Source: the human T2T-CHM13v2.0 reference genome, Homo sapiens. From it: DNA of 64,000 nucleotides. The position numbers and the translations under genes were made by a program. The DNA lies in assembly GCF_009914755.1 (NCBI RefSeq), contig NC_060938.1; one strand, 5' to 3'. Below are positions 13,374-29,949 of this stretch, one piece after another (positions within the stretch are counted from its first letter, which is position 1; each line of letters starts with the position of its first letter). The notes under the pieces were generated by a model that searched no databases, had not been told where the DNA came from, and was given only the letters and a program-made list of their open reading frames with translations.

Positions 13374-14289
13374 TTCTGTTATGATTATTTTGCTTACTTT
13401 TGGTCCTTTGTTAAATTTTCATGTGGCAACCATACCTAGTATTCTCTAGTCCTCCGAGTTTTACATCATAAGCAAATTTGATAATCATGGTGTCTATGCC
13501 CTCATTTAGATCATGGATTAAAACTTAGCTAAGCTTTCCTAGACCAAGATAATCGATTTATGGTAGGCCACTTGTCCTACCATCCTGACCCCCAACCAGT
13601 TGGCATCCATCCCTGAGTCCATGATCTTTAAATCTTTGGAAAAAATTATTCAATCTGCTGAAATCATTATATTAACATCCAACCTATATTTCTCTTTCTT
13701 GATAAGAAGATATCAAGGCTGAGTTTGTTAGTCTGCTAAAATAAAAATACATCGTCTAAATTATTGTCCTCATTTACCAAGTTGTTTCCATTTAAAATGG
13801 AGCTGAGGTCAGTGCTACTGGGTTGCAGAATTCGGGGGCTTTGTTCTTCTTATCTTTTGCTCAAAAGGCAACCGCTAAGCATAACTCACATACATGGAAT
13901 ACAATATGGCTGGTTCCCCTGGAGCTGTGTAGCCCTGCGGCCTGAATGAGGTTAATTTGACGATAATATTCTCGAAGCTTCTCTGCGTCTCTGCTAGCTC
14001 CTGGCGATTATGTTCATAGGCCAGACTTCAACACAAAACAAAAAAATCACTGACTAACAATTTGGTGGCATCAGATGTCAGACATACCTCAGAATGATTT
14101 CCTTTGATAAATACTTTGGTAACATTTGAAGTTATAGAAGTTAACTGTAATCTGGTTATAGAATCAATTTTTAATCTTAGTAAATGCTATGTTACCCTAG
14201 AGAAAATCTAAATATTGGTGGTTTTCCATATATATTATTCACTTACACTTAATCAACATATCTACTGTAGTCAAGATGATCTTTTAGAG

Positions 14290-14370
14290 CAGGGGTTGGT
14301 AAACACTCTTGTAAAGGGCCAGATAGTAAATAGTTTAGGCTTTGCAGGCCTCCTATGGCCTGTCACACCT
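14290..14370. mobile_element. MER58 fragment
   Basis: caggggttggtaaac...tgtaaagggccagatagtaaatagtttaggctttgcaggcc. Confidence 0.8.
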
Positions 14371-14479
14371 TCTTTTTACTCTTTCTAGCAGTTATAAATG
14401 TTTTGATAGCTTGTAGTCTTATAAACAGTAAGTATCATCTCACTGTCTTATGTTTTCTTCTCGGCTTTTGACACTATGG

Positions 14480-14632
14480 GCATACACTGTCCTAAGTAGT
14501 TTTTAGGTATCAACTCATCAAATCCTCACAATAACTCAAGGAATAGGTACCCCTATTGTCTCCATTTTTTAGACTGGAAAACTAAAGCATAGTATGGTTT
14601 TGGGGTGAGGGGTTCAGTAACTTGCCCAAGTT
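14480..14632 (-). mobile_element. MIR
   Basis: aatcctcacaataactc...ataggtacccctattgtctccattttttagactggaaaactaaagca...gtaacttgcccaag. Confidence 0.75.
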
Positions 14633-17019
14633 TAGGTGATGATTTTGCTCTTGCAAAGAATTTCTTCATATTGTATCTTATATACATTAGAGGGTGTAAA
14701 TAAATGCAAAATAGTTACAAAGAATTGTTGTTTATTTCTATAAAAGGTAAAGTAGCCTCTGCCTTTGACTTTTTTTCTTTATACCACAGAATACAACTGT
14801 GGAAGTGTGTTTTCACTATATTTTGGAAGGATAAACTGGTATGAAAATATTTTAAATAGCATGCCAAAAATGTCTTCACTGTGCCCAAAATGGACAGAGT
14901 CCAAATGTTAGTTTAAATTTCATATTATCTACCCATCTTCCCAGAAGAATGTGAAAGATGTTATTGTTTAAGTCACGTAGTCTTTCTGAATAATCTTTTC
15001 TTTGTAAACAGTTGGCAATCCCAACTCTGGATTTTTCCATTTAATGTTCAAGGGAAGCTCATTTTTAAGATCGTTTTTAATCAGCATATCTGTCATCTTC
15101 TTTTTTAACCTTGACTTTGCCATTATTTTCTGGTACTGGTGGTTATTTGACTTGAAACTTTAAACTGCTGATCACTTTCCTCTTTAACACTGCCGTTTCC
15201 TATTTAGTAAGACTTGCATTTCCTCCACATTTTCTCTAACACTGAAAATGAATGGTTGTTTCTAAAAGTTGTAATTTTTACATTAACATTTTTTCTTCTC
15301 TGAATTAGTGTTCTTCTGTCAGACAATGGTAGGGAGCTGATGAAGGGTGTTATTTATGTGGGGAAATACAAAAATTAAAAAAAGAGAAAATAACATAATA
15401 AGTTTTGTTGTGAAACAAAGGCTTGAAACAAAAATACCTCATAAGGACTCTAACCATGGGGTGAATAAAGAGAAGGAGAAGGGGAAGAAGAGACTGTGTG
15501 GGAAGAAGCAGGGATAACACTAGAGATGTCCTCACCAAGTCAGAAGTTAGAGGACAGTCAGAAGCAGGAGACCAAAGGGTTTCTTCAAATTTAAATAGAA
15601 AGCCATATCCAGGTACCTGTAAATCCAATTGCTAAAAATGCCTCCAGGCCAGTCCACTGACCCATGAACACGAGGACAGCTTGATAACAGAATGTTTCAT
15701 ACAGAATGTGTGTATGATACGCATTCGAGAGGAAGACCCGCGGCCAGCAGGAGATGACCATATTAAAACTTCTTTTAAGCAAACAGGTATTCACATTTCT
15801 TAATCTTTCTTGTGTTAGTTTTCCTTTCTGTGGGCTATTGTGCAAATACCTCTGTCACCCCTAATTGTCCACTTTTTTTTATATATATTGCATTTAAATT
15901 ATTTGTCTCCTACAAGAAACTTAAAATTATTCTTTTTCAAGAGGGTTCCCCTTACCTAGAGATGATTTTTAAATATAAAGCAGCATAATGAAAGAAATCA
16001 CGTGGGATTTCAAACCTAGAATCGTTTTTTATTTTAATGTGGACAAAGAAAATGGGCTAAAGAATTAGAAGATTTAGGTACTATTAAATTCAATCCATGA
16101 ATCTTAATTCACCTATCAAATGTTAAGCATTCTTTCAAGTTTGAAAATAAGTTTCCAATCTTGGTTCGTTAATTTTACACAAACTAAAATTAAAATAAAA
16201 CATGTTAAATACCTCAAGAAAATTCAGTTAAAAACCTGGAGTTTTTTTTTATATCATCACAGAAATGCAATATATGAAATTAAAAAAAAACCACTTCTGT
16301 CCCTAGTTTTCATGGCTTTAAACCTCTGACAGTGTTAAACTTTTAAAAACTATCTAATTTTAAGTATTGGTTTTCCTGACTTGATATTTTAATCTGTAAA
16401 ACTGCATGTTATTTTTGGCATGGTAATCTAATCAATAGGACAACTTTTGCCAGGTTACAATAATTAGAAAGCATCATTTACAGTAGAATCAACATTAATT
16501 TTCTACAATGTAAATTGAATGTATGAAAATAAAATATGGTGTACAAGGAGGATCAGAGCATGGGGTGTATTTATTTATAAGGTGCTTTCAAATCAACTCT
16601 TAAGAATGATTTAATTGCCAATTCATTCAAGAACCTAGTTGGTTATGGTTTTAATGTTTTGATGTTCAGGGACAGATTTTTCCTAGCCCCTGAGCTGGTA
16701 TATATTAAGCAAGTTTCACATGGAAAGGCTCTAAGCAGAGCGTTTTCACATGGTTCACTGCAAACATTGTACGGTGTCCAGTTCAGCACTTGTCCACTAG
16801 GAAGCATTGCCAGTCACAACCAGTGAGAAAAAACCTGCATGCTTTTCCACACTGCAACAAACCATTGATTGTACAGAAAGTACTGTCCTAATCGGAAAGG
16901 CATGCTGACCTAATCTGAAATGTAGATGGATGCCTGGAAGGTAAATACATAGATATATCTAAAAACATTGACTCATACAGAATGTTACTTATGTGTTAGA
17001 CACTGGGAAGATTTTTTAA

Positions 17020-17460
17020 AACCTTTTATTGAAATATCATGTACACGCAAAAAAACTAGGTATAGAGCTCCATGAATTTTTACAAATTATACTTGTAAAA
17101 TCAGCACCCAAATCAAGAAACAGAATATTATCAGCACCCCTGAAGCTATTCATTCTTCCACCTTGAAAGTAACCCATTCCTGTCCCCTAACAGCATAATG
17201 TAATCTTGCCTGTTTTGAAACTATTTCTGTAAATTGAAACGTTACATATGTACTATTTTGTGCGACTTCTTTCGTTGTTGAGATTTAGCCATATTGTATG
17301 GAGTTGTGTTCCTTTTCTTTCTCATTCTATCATGAATATACTCTGATTGATTTTTCCATTCTACTCTTGATGGGCTTTTGGGAAATTTCCAGTTGGGGGC
17401 TTGCATACTGTGGCCATGAACATTCTTGTGCATGACTTTCAGTTAACAGATGTATGTGAG
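17020..17460 (-). mobile_element. Old L1 (L1MD/ME-type) 3' fragment
   Basis: cagcacccaaatcaagaaacagaatattatcagcaccc...gatgggcttttgggaaatttccagttgggggc...atgaacattcttgtgcatg. Confidence 0.7.
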
Positions 17461-18514
17461 ATAAAATCCACATTCCATGATCTGGCATTCAAGTCTTTAA
17501 AGTATGACTCCTGCTAAGCTTGCAAACCTGAGTCTAATTTCCTGTTGCTTGCTTTGCTCTGTTGCTTCACCTCTGCGGCCCACCACAACCCCGTCTGCTC
17601 TCATCGTGCTCCATTCCCTGCATGAGACAGACACGCGTGCTCCCACTCACCTACTAGAAACTACTGATCTAGAATGCCCTTTGCTTCCACGCCTGTGAAA
17701 TTGCGACTGATTTTCTCCTCCATGAAGGCTGCTTCTTTCCTCCCTTCCATTTGCCCAAGTCACATTCACCTTCTCATCTGTTTTCACATCAATCATCACT
17801 AAGTTCTGGGGCCACCTGGCTACATGGTCCCCTAGATGTTAGTTTATGTGTCTAGCCTCCCTGCTTCTTCAAGGTCCTCAGGGGTGAGTGAGGATCGAGT
17901 CCGTTCATATCTTCAATGTTGGACATAGATGCCCAGTGAATATTTATTGAATGTATAAAAGAATTTATTATAGCCGAGGAGGCAAAAACAGGCTTTCTTC
18001 ATAGTGGAATATGAAGATATTACTTTTCTCATTTCTTATTAATATGATCAAGTTTTGTTTCTTTGCTTATCAGTATTTTTTAACTAGGTGTTTGCAATGA
18101 TAGTACTTCTGTATATACTTTAAAGTGCCATCTCTTTGCAATTATGATGTCCATGAATATGAAGATTTGCTGGGATACAGTGAGACTGAACAATAGGCTT
18201 TGAATAAAGGATTATAGACAAAATTCCTGAAATCAAATTTATTTTAAAACATAGAAGCACAGAGAGTTCCAAATGGAGTGTGCATCAAGATGTGCACTCT
18301 CTTCATTGCCACTCTTCAGCCTTTGCCTGCTCCTATTTCCATTCTGCAGTGTGTAAAACTGATGCGCTAAGCTAATTATGCAGGAGTGAGGTGTGATTGA
18401 TCATAGTGTTTGTTGCTTTTGGAGAAGTCTGGAAAATACCCTCAAAATCTGGTATATTAAAAAAAATTCATGTACATTTTAAAATTAGAAATAACGTTAA
18501 AAATATAATGCCTG

Positions 18515-18806
<292 letters not shown>

Positions 18807-18807
18807 T

Positions 18808-18819
18808 TATATATATATG

Positions 18820-18861
<42 letters not shown>
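18808..18861. repeat. Compound (TA)n(CA)n microsatellite in the Alu tail
   Basis: Directly visible. Confidence 0.95.
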
Positions 18862-19849
18862 AAGCCTGGGTAAAACAAATGAAAACCTACAAATAAATCT
18901 TCTCTGAAATATAAAGCCCCAAATGATTCATAAGCCCTTTTATAGAAAATAAAAAAAAATTGTAAAGGTATCAATTACTCATAAACGTATAAATTCGTCA
19001 CCTTTTCCTTAAGGTATTTTATGTGGACACAGTCATCATTCAAAAATTTAGCTTTTAATTTAACCTTTAAAATCTAGGAAGGCTGATTTTTTTTAAATGC
19101 TGTTATAAGAATACATTATAAAAACAAGATAGTGGCACTATTAAGACAGAAAAGCCTCCCTGAAGTGCTTGCAATAATTAAGAAAATAACAATGCACTAG
19201 AAAAACTTAATTTTAATTTTCCAAACAGTTTTACTCTTACAACATTCCAGATTTTATCAATAAGTTCTAAAGAACAGAAATGTGCTGAACAAAGGGAAGA
19301 AACACTTTCAGACAAGTTGCAAAAAGAAAATAAGGATTAAACACTTTTCACACTTTGTTCAAAAGTGTGTATTTTGATTTTGTTCTTACTTAAATAATGC
19401 TAAATTATAGTATGAAGCCTACATTAGTAACTATTCTTCAATAGCCACATTATCCAGGATTACTGGCATTAATACTAAATTAGCATTAGCTGGCTGCTAT
19501 TGTTTATAATTTTTTTTCCACTTTTTGTGAGTTCCGTGAATCTAAACATTGTGTGATCTCCCTCTTTCTCTCAAGGGACATAATGTTTTACAGTGAAAAT
19601 AACTGCAACCCAGAAACCTGCAGACTTAAAATCAAAATGTGATTTGCTACCAAGTGGCTTTGTGACCTTAGACAAGTCATTCAGTTTTCACTGACTCTTG
19701 TTTAAAGGGATTGGGCTGGACCTAGGGCTGTGTGAGGTCTTTTCCAACTCTAATATGAAATGACTCTTTTCTGGACCCGTGTTAAAGAGGATTATGCCTT
19801 ATAACATACCACTATTCCAGACTCAGCCCTTTCTCTAACAGTTTTGACT

Positions 19850-20401
<552 letters not shown>

Positions 20402-20450
20402 CCATTACTGTTTTTTGAAGTGAGAAATAAACATTTGTTCATTAAACAAC

Positions 20451-23120
20451 TGTGGCAGCTATGGAAGTGTGACACTCAGATTGCAATTGGCTAATCTCCA
20501 TCTGCAGTGACTTCAGGATCCACCACAGCACCCTAGCTCAGACCACACTCTTCCTGCACAGCCCCATCCTCACGACTGAGCATGGCAGGGTTCTAGGGCC
20601 TGATATTTCTGCCCAATGCTGTGCTCCTCTATGGGCAATCTTTGATTGGAAACTTCCCATTGGGTTGGCCAAGAATTGGTTAGGTCTGCATGGCAGTCTG
20701 AGGCTCTCCAATTTGCTTCCTCCCATTTTCTCACACACTTTCAGAGTACATCTAAAAGTCTGAAAGCTTTCCCTGTCTAATCCCACTTTCTTGCCCTGTA
20801 TCTTTCACAAGTGTTACCTCCCAGTTAACGTCGTGCATTCCTGGCTCTGTCTCAGCATTTACCTCCTGGGTGACCTATACTGGTGGTAAGATGGGCTTTC
20901 AGGCTGGGTCATTTGGCACTCATCTAGCAATGAGGACCCCATTGTGGGTGGTAAACAGAGCACACATAGTTCCTGGCACGAGGTGCTGACCCCACTGCTC
21001 AAACCTTCACAGGCAGTGACCTAGGACAATGTTGCAGTGGAAGGGAACATCGTGCTTGCTATAATGATTCAGGACTTTGAAAAAGGCTGAGTAGGAGATG
21101 AGAGGGGAATAATGCATACAAGGGGAATAATGCATACAAGGACAATAAAGTTGGTTTGCTGTTATTAGATCGAATTGAAACCCTGCAGAAGAATAATGAA
21201 AAGCTAAGGGCAGTTAACAAACTGAAAACTCAGTGAGAGGTCCCGGAGGCCTCTTTGGCAGCTTAAAAAGCAGCCTTTACCTTCAGAAAAACCTGAAAAC
21301 CAACCTCAGGGCTTGGAATCCCTGAGCTTCAGAGATGATGAGATGCTTAGTAGAGGCAGGACTAATAATCGAGCACCAGTTGGGAATATGAGAAAGCTTG
21401 AATATTGGATAGGGACATCTGAGTTGATATCCTTAAAGAGTTTGGTTTCCCAGATTCCTCAGAGCCTGTGTGGGGAACCCATTCATCCCTGTTAAGAGCT
21501 AGAGCTCTCTGCATGTGAGGAAACACTGGGAGGGCTTTCTTCCCAGCAAGGCATCCGGGGTGTTCACTCAGGGTTTATCTGCACTTCTGGCTGCATGTTG
21601 ATACCTAGGATTGAGTTCAGCATAACCCACATCTGCGCTGGCCTGATTACAGAGACAGCAACTGTGTCCAAAAGTTGCTACAAAAATTAGTCAGCATCTA
21701 CCAGCAGAAGCTGGGAAAGTACTCCTGGGATTGGATTTTGAGGTTGCTTGACAAAGGAGACCAGAACATAAGATTGGATGAAAGAGAGTTTATCGACTTA
21801 GGGGCACTCTCTTGGAATATAGGATTTCACCCTGGCAAGGACCTCAGGTACGTGATATATAGCCTTTGATTTAGCAAATATGCTGCTTTTGATTCTCATC
21901 AAGAAAGGGGAACAGAAAAAGTCCACATCTATATGGTATGGAGAGCAGAATGCATTCACAGTTTTGCCCCAGGGCTATGTTAACTCTGCCATAACATAGT
22001 CCTAAGTGATATGAACCATCTGAAGAGGCCTCAGAATATCATGTTTACCCATTGCATTGATGATATTATGCTGATCAGACAGACAAATTGAGTAAGGCAC
22101 ATGTACTACAGAGGGAAGGAAATAAACCCTTTGAGGATTCAGGGGCCTGTCACATGGGTAAAGTTTTTACGGGCCCAGCAGTCAGAGACATGCTGAGACG
22201 TTCCCTCTAAAGTAAAAAACAAATAAACATACAAAAAACAAATTGTGGCATCTTGTATACCCTACAGGAAAGAAAGGAGCACAGTGTCTGGTAAGCTGCT
22301 TTGGGTTCTGTAGACAACACATTCCGTACCTAGAAATACTCCCTCAGCTGAAATATCAGGCGACGGGTATCAGATGCACACTTCATGTCCAAGCAGCCCC
22401 GCTGCTCAGACCACATGATCAGGCAGACCCTATGATTTTGTTTAGTGATGGGAAAGGATACATTGGCTTTTAGGGAAAAGCCCAGTTGGAGAATCTCAAT
22501 GCAGATCCCTGGGATTTTGAAACAAATCCAAGTCATCTGCAAAAGAGAAATACACACTTTTTCAAAAACCATCAAAACCAATAGAGATGATAAGGGAGAA
22601 GGAGGAGAATGGAGTGGAGAAGGGAAGTGACTATCAGTTGCAAGAAGGACTGCCTTCGGAAGAACAACCCTTGGGAAGCCTGCAGGGCTGCCCCCTGAAT
22701 ATTTATGGAGAAGTAGATCCAAATGGCACAGGAATGGCCTGTGGCCGCCAGGGAGGTGTGCTAGATGCCATCTCTCCTTAAGAAAGAACCTGCTACTCAG
22801 CTGTGAGGAGTACAGAGGGTTGACAGCTTTCTGAAGCAGTATCTTTGGAGTATGTTACAACTTTTGAACCAAGGCCACACTCTTCCCTGATGGTCCTCAA
22901 ACAATGACTGTACATGATGAGGGTGCCAGGGCCAGCCACTTCTGCCAGGCGTGGGGGAGTTCCTTTAATATGCTATGTAACTCCCTACTTTTCCAGCGTC
23001 TGAGTCTCTTTGCTCAATTCTGTATCCTCCCCACTTGCCTTTCATAAATCTCAGCTCTATGTCTGGTCTAAAAAGCCTTCTCCCCAAATCCTCTTGCACT
23101 CCTGACTCCTGAACAGACTG
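20451..23120 (+). mobile_element. Internally deleted ERVL (HERV16-like) provirus with two LTR16-like LTRs
   Basis: Two related LTRs begin TGTGGC at ~20451 and ~22740 and share ccacactcttcc...atgactg...agggcc...ttctgcc. Gag-like peptide YQQKLGKYSWDWILRLLDKGDQNIRLDEREFIDLGALS at 21675-21830. RT remnants FTVLPQGYVNS (~21955-21990) and HCIDDIMLI (~22050-22077), all frameshifted. Confidence 0.8.
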
Positions 23121-24220
23121 GGGTGATAAGTTAACCTCCAGGAGCCCTTTCTTTACTATTTTTCACATTTGTAAGAAAATAAAATGTAATCATTTTTGCT
23201 GTCTTCCAGTTACATCATGCAACAGGTCTCTTTCAGGACAGTTTCTAATTACATGGTGAGAAGGGCGTCCACTCCATGGAAGGGCAAGTATTCATGTGAG
23301 AATTATGGCCTCTTTTAATGGTAAGCATAGTTTTGCATCCTTAACTCCTGTTTCCTACATCATTCTGGAGTTAAAGTCTCAAAATATTACTTGAATTATT
23401 TGTTAGTCTCTTCCTCTGTCTCAACAGTACCTTTGTAAGAACTTTAAAGTCATTTTCTTTCACTGGTATTTAACGAATGCTGATTTTAAGGGGGATCTAG
23501 TTTCTTTTTTTTCTCATCCTCTTATTTTTTCTTCCGCTGGTATTAGTCTTTTCCGTTGCTTTTATTAAGCTATCTTTGAGTTCAGAAGGCTGAGAGATTA
23601 TTTTCTTTTTTAAAGAAAGCTTGCCTACCAGCCAGTTTTATATTTTTCCCCAAGAACTCAACAGTCTAATCTTTTTCCCATTTAAAATGAGAATGAGTTT
23701 AGCAAGAAATTGACTTGATGTTAGGACAGGAGCTCCGGGAAGCTCTAATCTCAGTGACAGCCTTAACAAACCAATCCCGCTCTCTGGCCTCGTACATATT
23801 GAACAGGACCTGTTCTTTCTGGCCCTCCAGGTAGGAAAGTAAGCCTCTAAAGTAAACTGGCGAGGGCTCTCTATTCACTCTTTTGGTTTGTTCTTCTGTA
23901 CTTTCAGGATCTTGGGTCTTTGCAATATATTCCCTACCCTTTTAGAAGCAGAAGAATGTAAAACAGGAAGTGGACTTTGGTTGCTTTTGAAATGTTTGCT
24001 CTAGTTTTACTATTAGGGCAGCTCTCAAACCAGTGACATTTAGAAATTTCTTGAAATTCGAGTCTTTAAAGAAATATTTTGTTTTTGTTTTCTCTTTCCA
24101 CAGGAAAAAAACTAATGACGTACATTTTGTGGGCTAGGGAGAGGGAGTCTTGCCTCAGAGAAAATAGTATTATAATGATCTGTAACATTGCTTATTGGTT
24201 GTATCAGTAAGTATCCATGC

Positions 24221-24399
24221 CAGTGACCCTCAGACTTTGGAGTACATCATAATCACCTGGAGAACATCTTAAAATACAGATTTCTGACCCCACTCTCAGC
24301 ATGTTTTATTCAATAGGGGAAGGCCGAGGATTTGCATTTCTAACGAGTTCCCAGGTGATGATAATGCTGGTCCTGGGACCACTCTTTGAGAACCACTGA
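24221..24399. mobile_element. MER5A
   Basis: catcataatcacctggag...atttgcatttctaacgagttcccaggtgatg...gggaccactctttgagaaccactg. Confidence 0.88.
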
Positions 24400-24911
24400 T
24401 CTATGCCATTGCTGTCAGAACCCAGTAGGAGAAAAAAAAAAAAAGCTCAAATTTCTACGAGCATTGTTCATTGAACTAGGGGGTTATGACTGTTTTATAT
24501 CATAACTGAATTAACTTAATAGGGAAAGTTATAAACTCTGATTTTAGAATAAATAATTATTGAGATAAAATCATCATTTATCTTCTCAGTCTGGTGGGTG
24601 ACATTGCGCTCCTTTGTTTCTTACAAAAATGTATATGTGGTCAATTATTTGTAAAACAAAAACTGGAAACTAAAAAGTATAAGCTATGTTGAACACTCTT
24701 CGGTTGTCTCAAATACTTATTGGAATCAATAGTAGATTATGAAGTTTTTTTCTGTGAAAGTAAGGATTAATAAGATGCACTTTATAGGATTGTTACGAAG
24801 GTTAAAACAAAAAGTATATACAGAATGCCTAATAGTGTCTGACAGTATCAGATAATCAAGAAAATTAATGTTTTATTTTCATTCCTTTAACCATTTCAAC
24901 ACCATTAATTC

Positions 24912-25394
<483 letters not shown>

Positions 25395-25904
25395 CCATTA
25401 AATTCTTTATGATGATATTTTAAAAAATATATTTGGTACTGAAAAGTGAGAGAAATAGGAGAGGGGAAGTTACAAATTTTATTAAATGTTAGATTATGTT
25501 TCATTATACATTGCAATAATTGGAATTGGGGATTTTTTTAAAAATTTTATTTTTTACAAAAAAAATTAGATAATAGAAACAAAGCCTTCAATACAGACTA
25601 GGCATGCTAGTTTAGACTACTATTAAAAATTCAATTTTTTTTATTGACTCTATAGCCAAATCCATGTAATACTACCAATAATAACTTTTCCATGGAAGTA
25701 CGTTTGCATGTCAGAGACTGTGCTAAACACTTCATATTGCTTACCTTGTTTCATCCTTATAATAACCCTGTGAGGTATCTTTTCTGACTTTTACACATAC
25801 TTGTTCATTGGTATCTCCTCTTACCTCTAGTGAAAGCTTTGATGACGAACAGGGGCTTCGTTTTATACCCTACTGTAGCCCTGCTGCTTAAAAGAATACT
25901 TGGC

Positions 25905-26276
<372 letters not shown>

Positions 26277-27254
26277 TCATGCATCAATGAAAGGAAGTAT
26301 TGAAGTTAAGCAATTTGCCGCAAGACCCTGGCCAATATTAAAATCCAGGAACTCTCACTCAAGTTTTCCCCGTCCTGACCCTTCACATGCCCTGCAGAAG
26401 ATGAACTTTTCTCAACTATTTAAAAAATATCTGAGGCATTTGTATTACTTTCTTTGCAGCTTTCAAATGCTAAGAATAGTGTATGTAATATCAAAATGTT
26501 CTTTGAAAGAAACCTGTAGTTTAGGTAAAAGTTCAAAATAAACTCAGGGTGAAGGTAAGAGCATCTTTTATAGAGAAGACTGGAGGAAACAAGTTACTCT
26601 GAGGCCTGTCTTTGTGTAAAACGGTACTGAAGATGGCATGACATCTGGTATCACCAACAGGGGGTTCTCTCTTTCCCAAACTGTTAAATGCCTGCAGTCT
26701 CTCCTTCAATGAAGGGTGTGGTTGATTTCTCTAAATCCCACAGAGTATAAACATGGTGATGGAATAAACTTGATCCTTGTTATCCCTCCCTCATATTATG
26801 AATATAGGCTAAAGGAACAATAGATGACCACAGTATTATTGATGTGCACATTTCCCTGAATTTAAGTTCTAAATCATAAATTAAATGAAAATCATACCTC
26901 ATAATACAAAGTTTCTTTTTATACTAGAATTCTTAGAAATTTGTCATCTTCTTCCTTTTAACAAAAGGAAAAATGTCACCACATTTTACTCCTATCTCTT
27001 CCCCTTTGGCTGCATTGAAAATCAGAAACATCTTTATCTGCTTCACTGGTGAATACTTTCAAATTTGGTTATTTCAAATAAACACTGTTGAACTTAATCC
27101 TCATAAGCTTTAGTGAAGAGTTACTTCTAATATTTTCATTTCATATAAAGTGGATTTCTATTTGTCTCTTAATTTTAAGTGGATTTTTGAATTGAACTGT
27201 CTCATTCTACAATAATAGAACTCTTGATTTTTATCTGGCCACATCACTCTGTAT

Positions 27255-27600
27255 AAGGACTTCATTTCCTAGCTTATTCCAGCCATTTGTGGCCATGTGA
27301 CTAGATTTTGCCCAATGAGATGAGAGAGCAGTACATGTCATGCCCGAAACGTGTTCTGAAGGGCAGTGTACATGCCCTTCTCTCCCTCCCTCCTGGTACT
27401 TCTGTCCTGCAATATGGATGTGGTAGCTGATCGTCTTGGACTGTGTGGATTAGCCGAACACCCCTGACATGGTGGAACAACAAGAGAAAAGAAACCTGGG
27501 CTCCTGAACCATCTACTTTTAAATGCTAACATGAGAGAGGAACAAACTTCTGTCTTATATAAGCAACTATTAATTTGGGTTTGTGTTACACAAAGCTAAG
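27255..27600. mobile_element. MaLR LTR (MLT1-type)
   Basis: catttcctagc...tgtggccatgtgactagattttgcccaatgagatgagag...aacaaacttctgtcttatataagcaactat. Confidence 0.7.
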
Positions 27601-27640
27601 GTAGCTTCATCTACAGTATATTTTCCTTCTATATTGTTTA

Positions 27641-28062
<422 letters not shown>

Positions 28063-29237
28063 TTGACAAAACTTTGGTTTCGATGTTTTCCCTCGGATAT
28101 AGTAAGTTGTAATTCTCAGTGAATCCTCTTCAAGTTTATAGTTTTTGTTGGCCATAACCACACAAGTAACTTTGTAGGAGGGATCATTCAGTCAAAATAA
28201 ATAGAATTAAAAGTTTTGTTAGTGTATTAGCTTTGTGCAAAGGTACACAGATAAAATTTCTATACATATCCTTTCTTGATCCTTCCAGGCACAGAGACTG
28301 AAAAGCTGTCTGTATAAATAAACAAAAAAGCATATTCTTCTAGAACTTTCCATTATGTATATGTCTGACAGGGTATAATTTTGGGGCAAGATTATATTCA
28401 TTTCTATGTTAGCTGATTAATTCTTCAGTTGTTTATCACCTGTTTGAAATATATCCTTGATTTGATTATGAGTCACTGATAATAGATAGTGACCTAACTT
28501 CAAAAGGTTGTCTTACCCTATTTGGTCTGTACCCTGAGCAGCTGTCCAGGGTACTTAAATAAAATTAATTATTGGAATACTTAAGTTACAGATCTTTTTC
28601 CTTATACTTTTGAGTAAGTGAAGATGCTTTGCACAATAATTCAGTTTGTTTTTCCATTTTGAACAAGAACCTGAGATCCTCCTGCCTTAGAATAGTGATA
28701 AACATAAAGAAATTATTTGTGGTTGCCTGTGGAAACCATGTTAGAAAGATCACACGCTTTGAAAACAGTGTTATGATGTGTTGTTTATGATATAGAGATG
28801 ATTTGGTTAAAGATTATGTCTATATAAGTTATAAATTTAGAGGAAATGGACTCCCTCTGACCCTCAGTGCAAAAATTTCTCTTCTAAATACCTAGAAGGT
28901 AGTCTTCTTGTCTGCTAAAATATGTGCCAGGTAAGGGATGCTCAGCTCTTTCAGAGGTGGCCCTATTCACATTCTGAATGATGGAAAACTTCTTTCCGAT
29001 ATGTAACTTAATCTAGATCCTTATATATTTCATCTTTCCAGCCTTCTGGAATATCATTCTCACTTATGCATTCTCATACCTTTCTCAGAGAATAGAGAAA
29101 AAATGAAGTTCCTGACCTGAGATCTTCAACATTAAGTAATTGAGTTCCTTTGATCAAAACAGTACCCACTTCCTGGATGATAATAATAGTATAAAGGAAC
29201 AAAGTACCTATTTCAGGTTCTAGATAAAATTGAAATT

Positions 29238-29772
29238 AAAGAAAATGTGGTATATATACACAATGGAGTGCTATTCATCCATAGAAAGGAATGAGAGCCT
29301 GTCATTTGCAATAACATGGATGGAACTTGAGGCCATTATGTTAAGTGAAATAAGTCAGGCACAGAAAGACAAAGTTGGCATATTCTCATTTATTTGTGGG
29401 AGCTGAAAAAATTAAAACAATTGAACTCATGGAGATAGGGAGTAGAATGATGCTTACCAAAGGCTGGGAAGGGCAGTGGGGTAAGGGGGAAGTGGGAATG
29501 GTTAGTGAGTACAAATATACAGTTAGATAGAATGAATAAGACCTAGTTTTTGATAGTACAACAGAGTGATTATAGTCAACAATAATTTATTGGACATTTA
29601 AAAATAACTAAAAGACTATGACTGGATTGTTTGTAACACAAAGAAAGAATAAATGCTTGAGGTGATGGATACCCCATTTACCCTGATATGATTATTATGC
29701 ATTGTATGCCTGTATCAAAATATCTCACGTAACCCATAAATAGATACACCGACTATACCCGCAGAAATAAAA
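29238..29772 (+). mobile_element. L1MA-type 3' end (ORF2 tail and 3' UTR)
   Basis: aaagaaaatgtggtatatatacacaatggag...aacatggatggaac...ttatgttaagtgaaataagtcaggcacagaaagacaaa...gaggtgatggataccccatttaccctgat. Confidence 0.9.
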
Positions 29773-29949
29773 ACTAGGAGAGGAAAAGAAATTCTAAGTA
29801 CAACATTGGTAATAACCCATTCATAATTTGATAGTAATTTAATATAGAATTGTAAAGTACATTTTCACTCTTTTAAAAATTACAGCAAAGAGAATTTTAA
29901 TTTTTTAATTTATTAGTAATAACAACTTGAGAATTGCATAGTATTAAGG

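Noticed and set aside
21675-22473. gag/pol-like ORFs as functional retroviral genes
   Set aside because: Short, frameshifted and deleted relics of the ERVL element.
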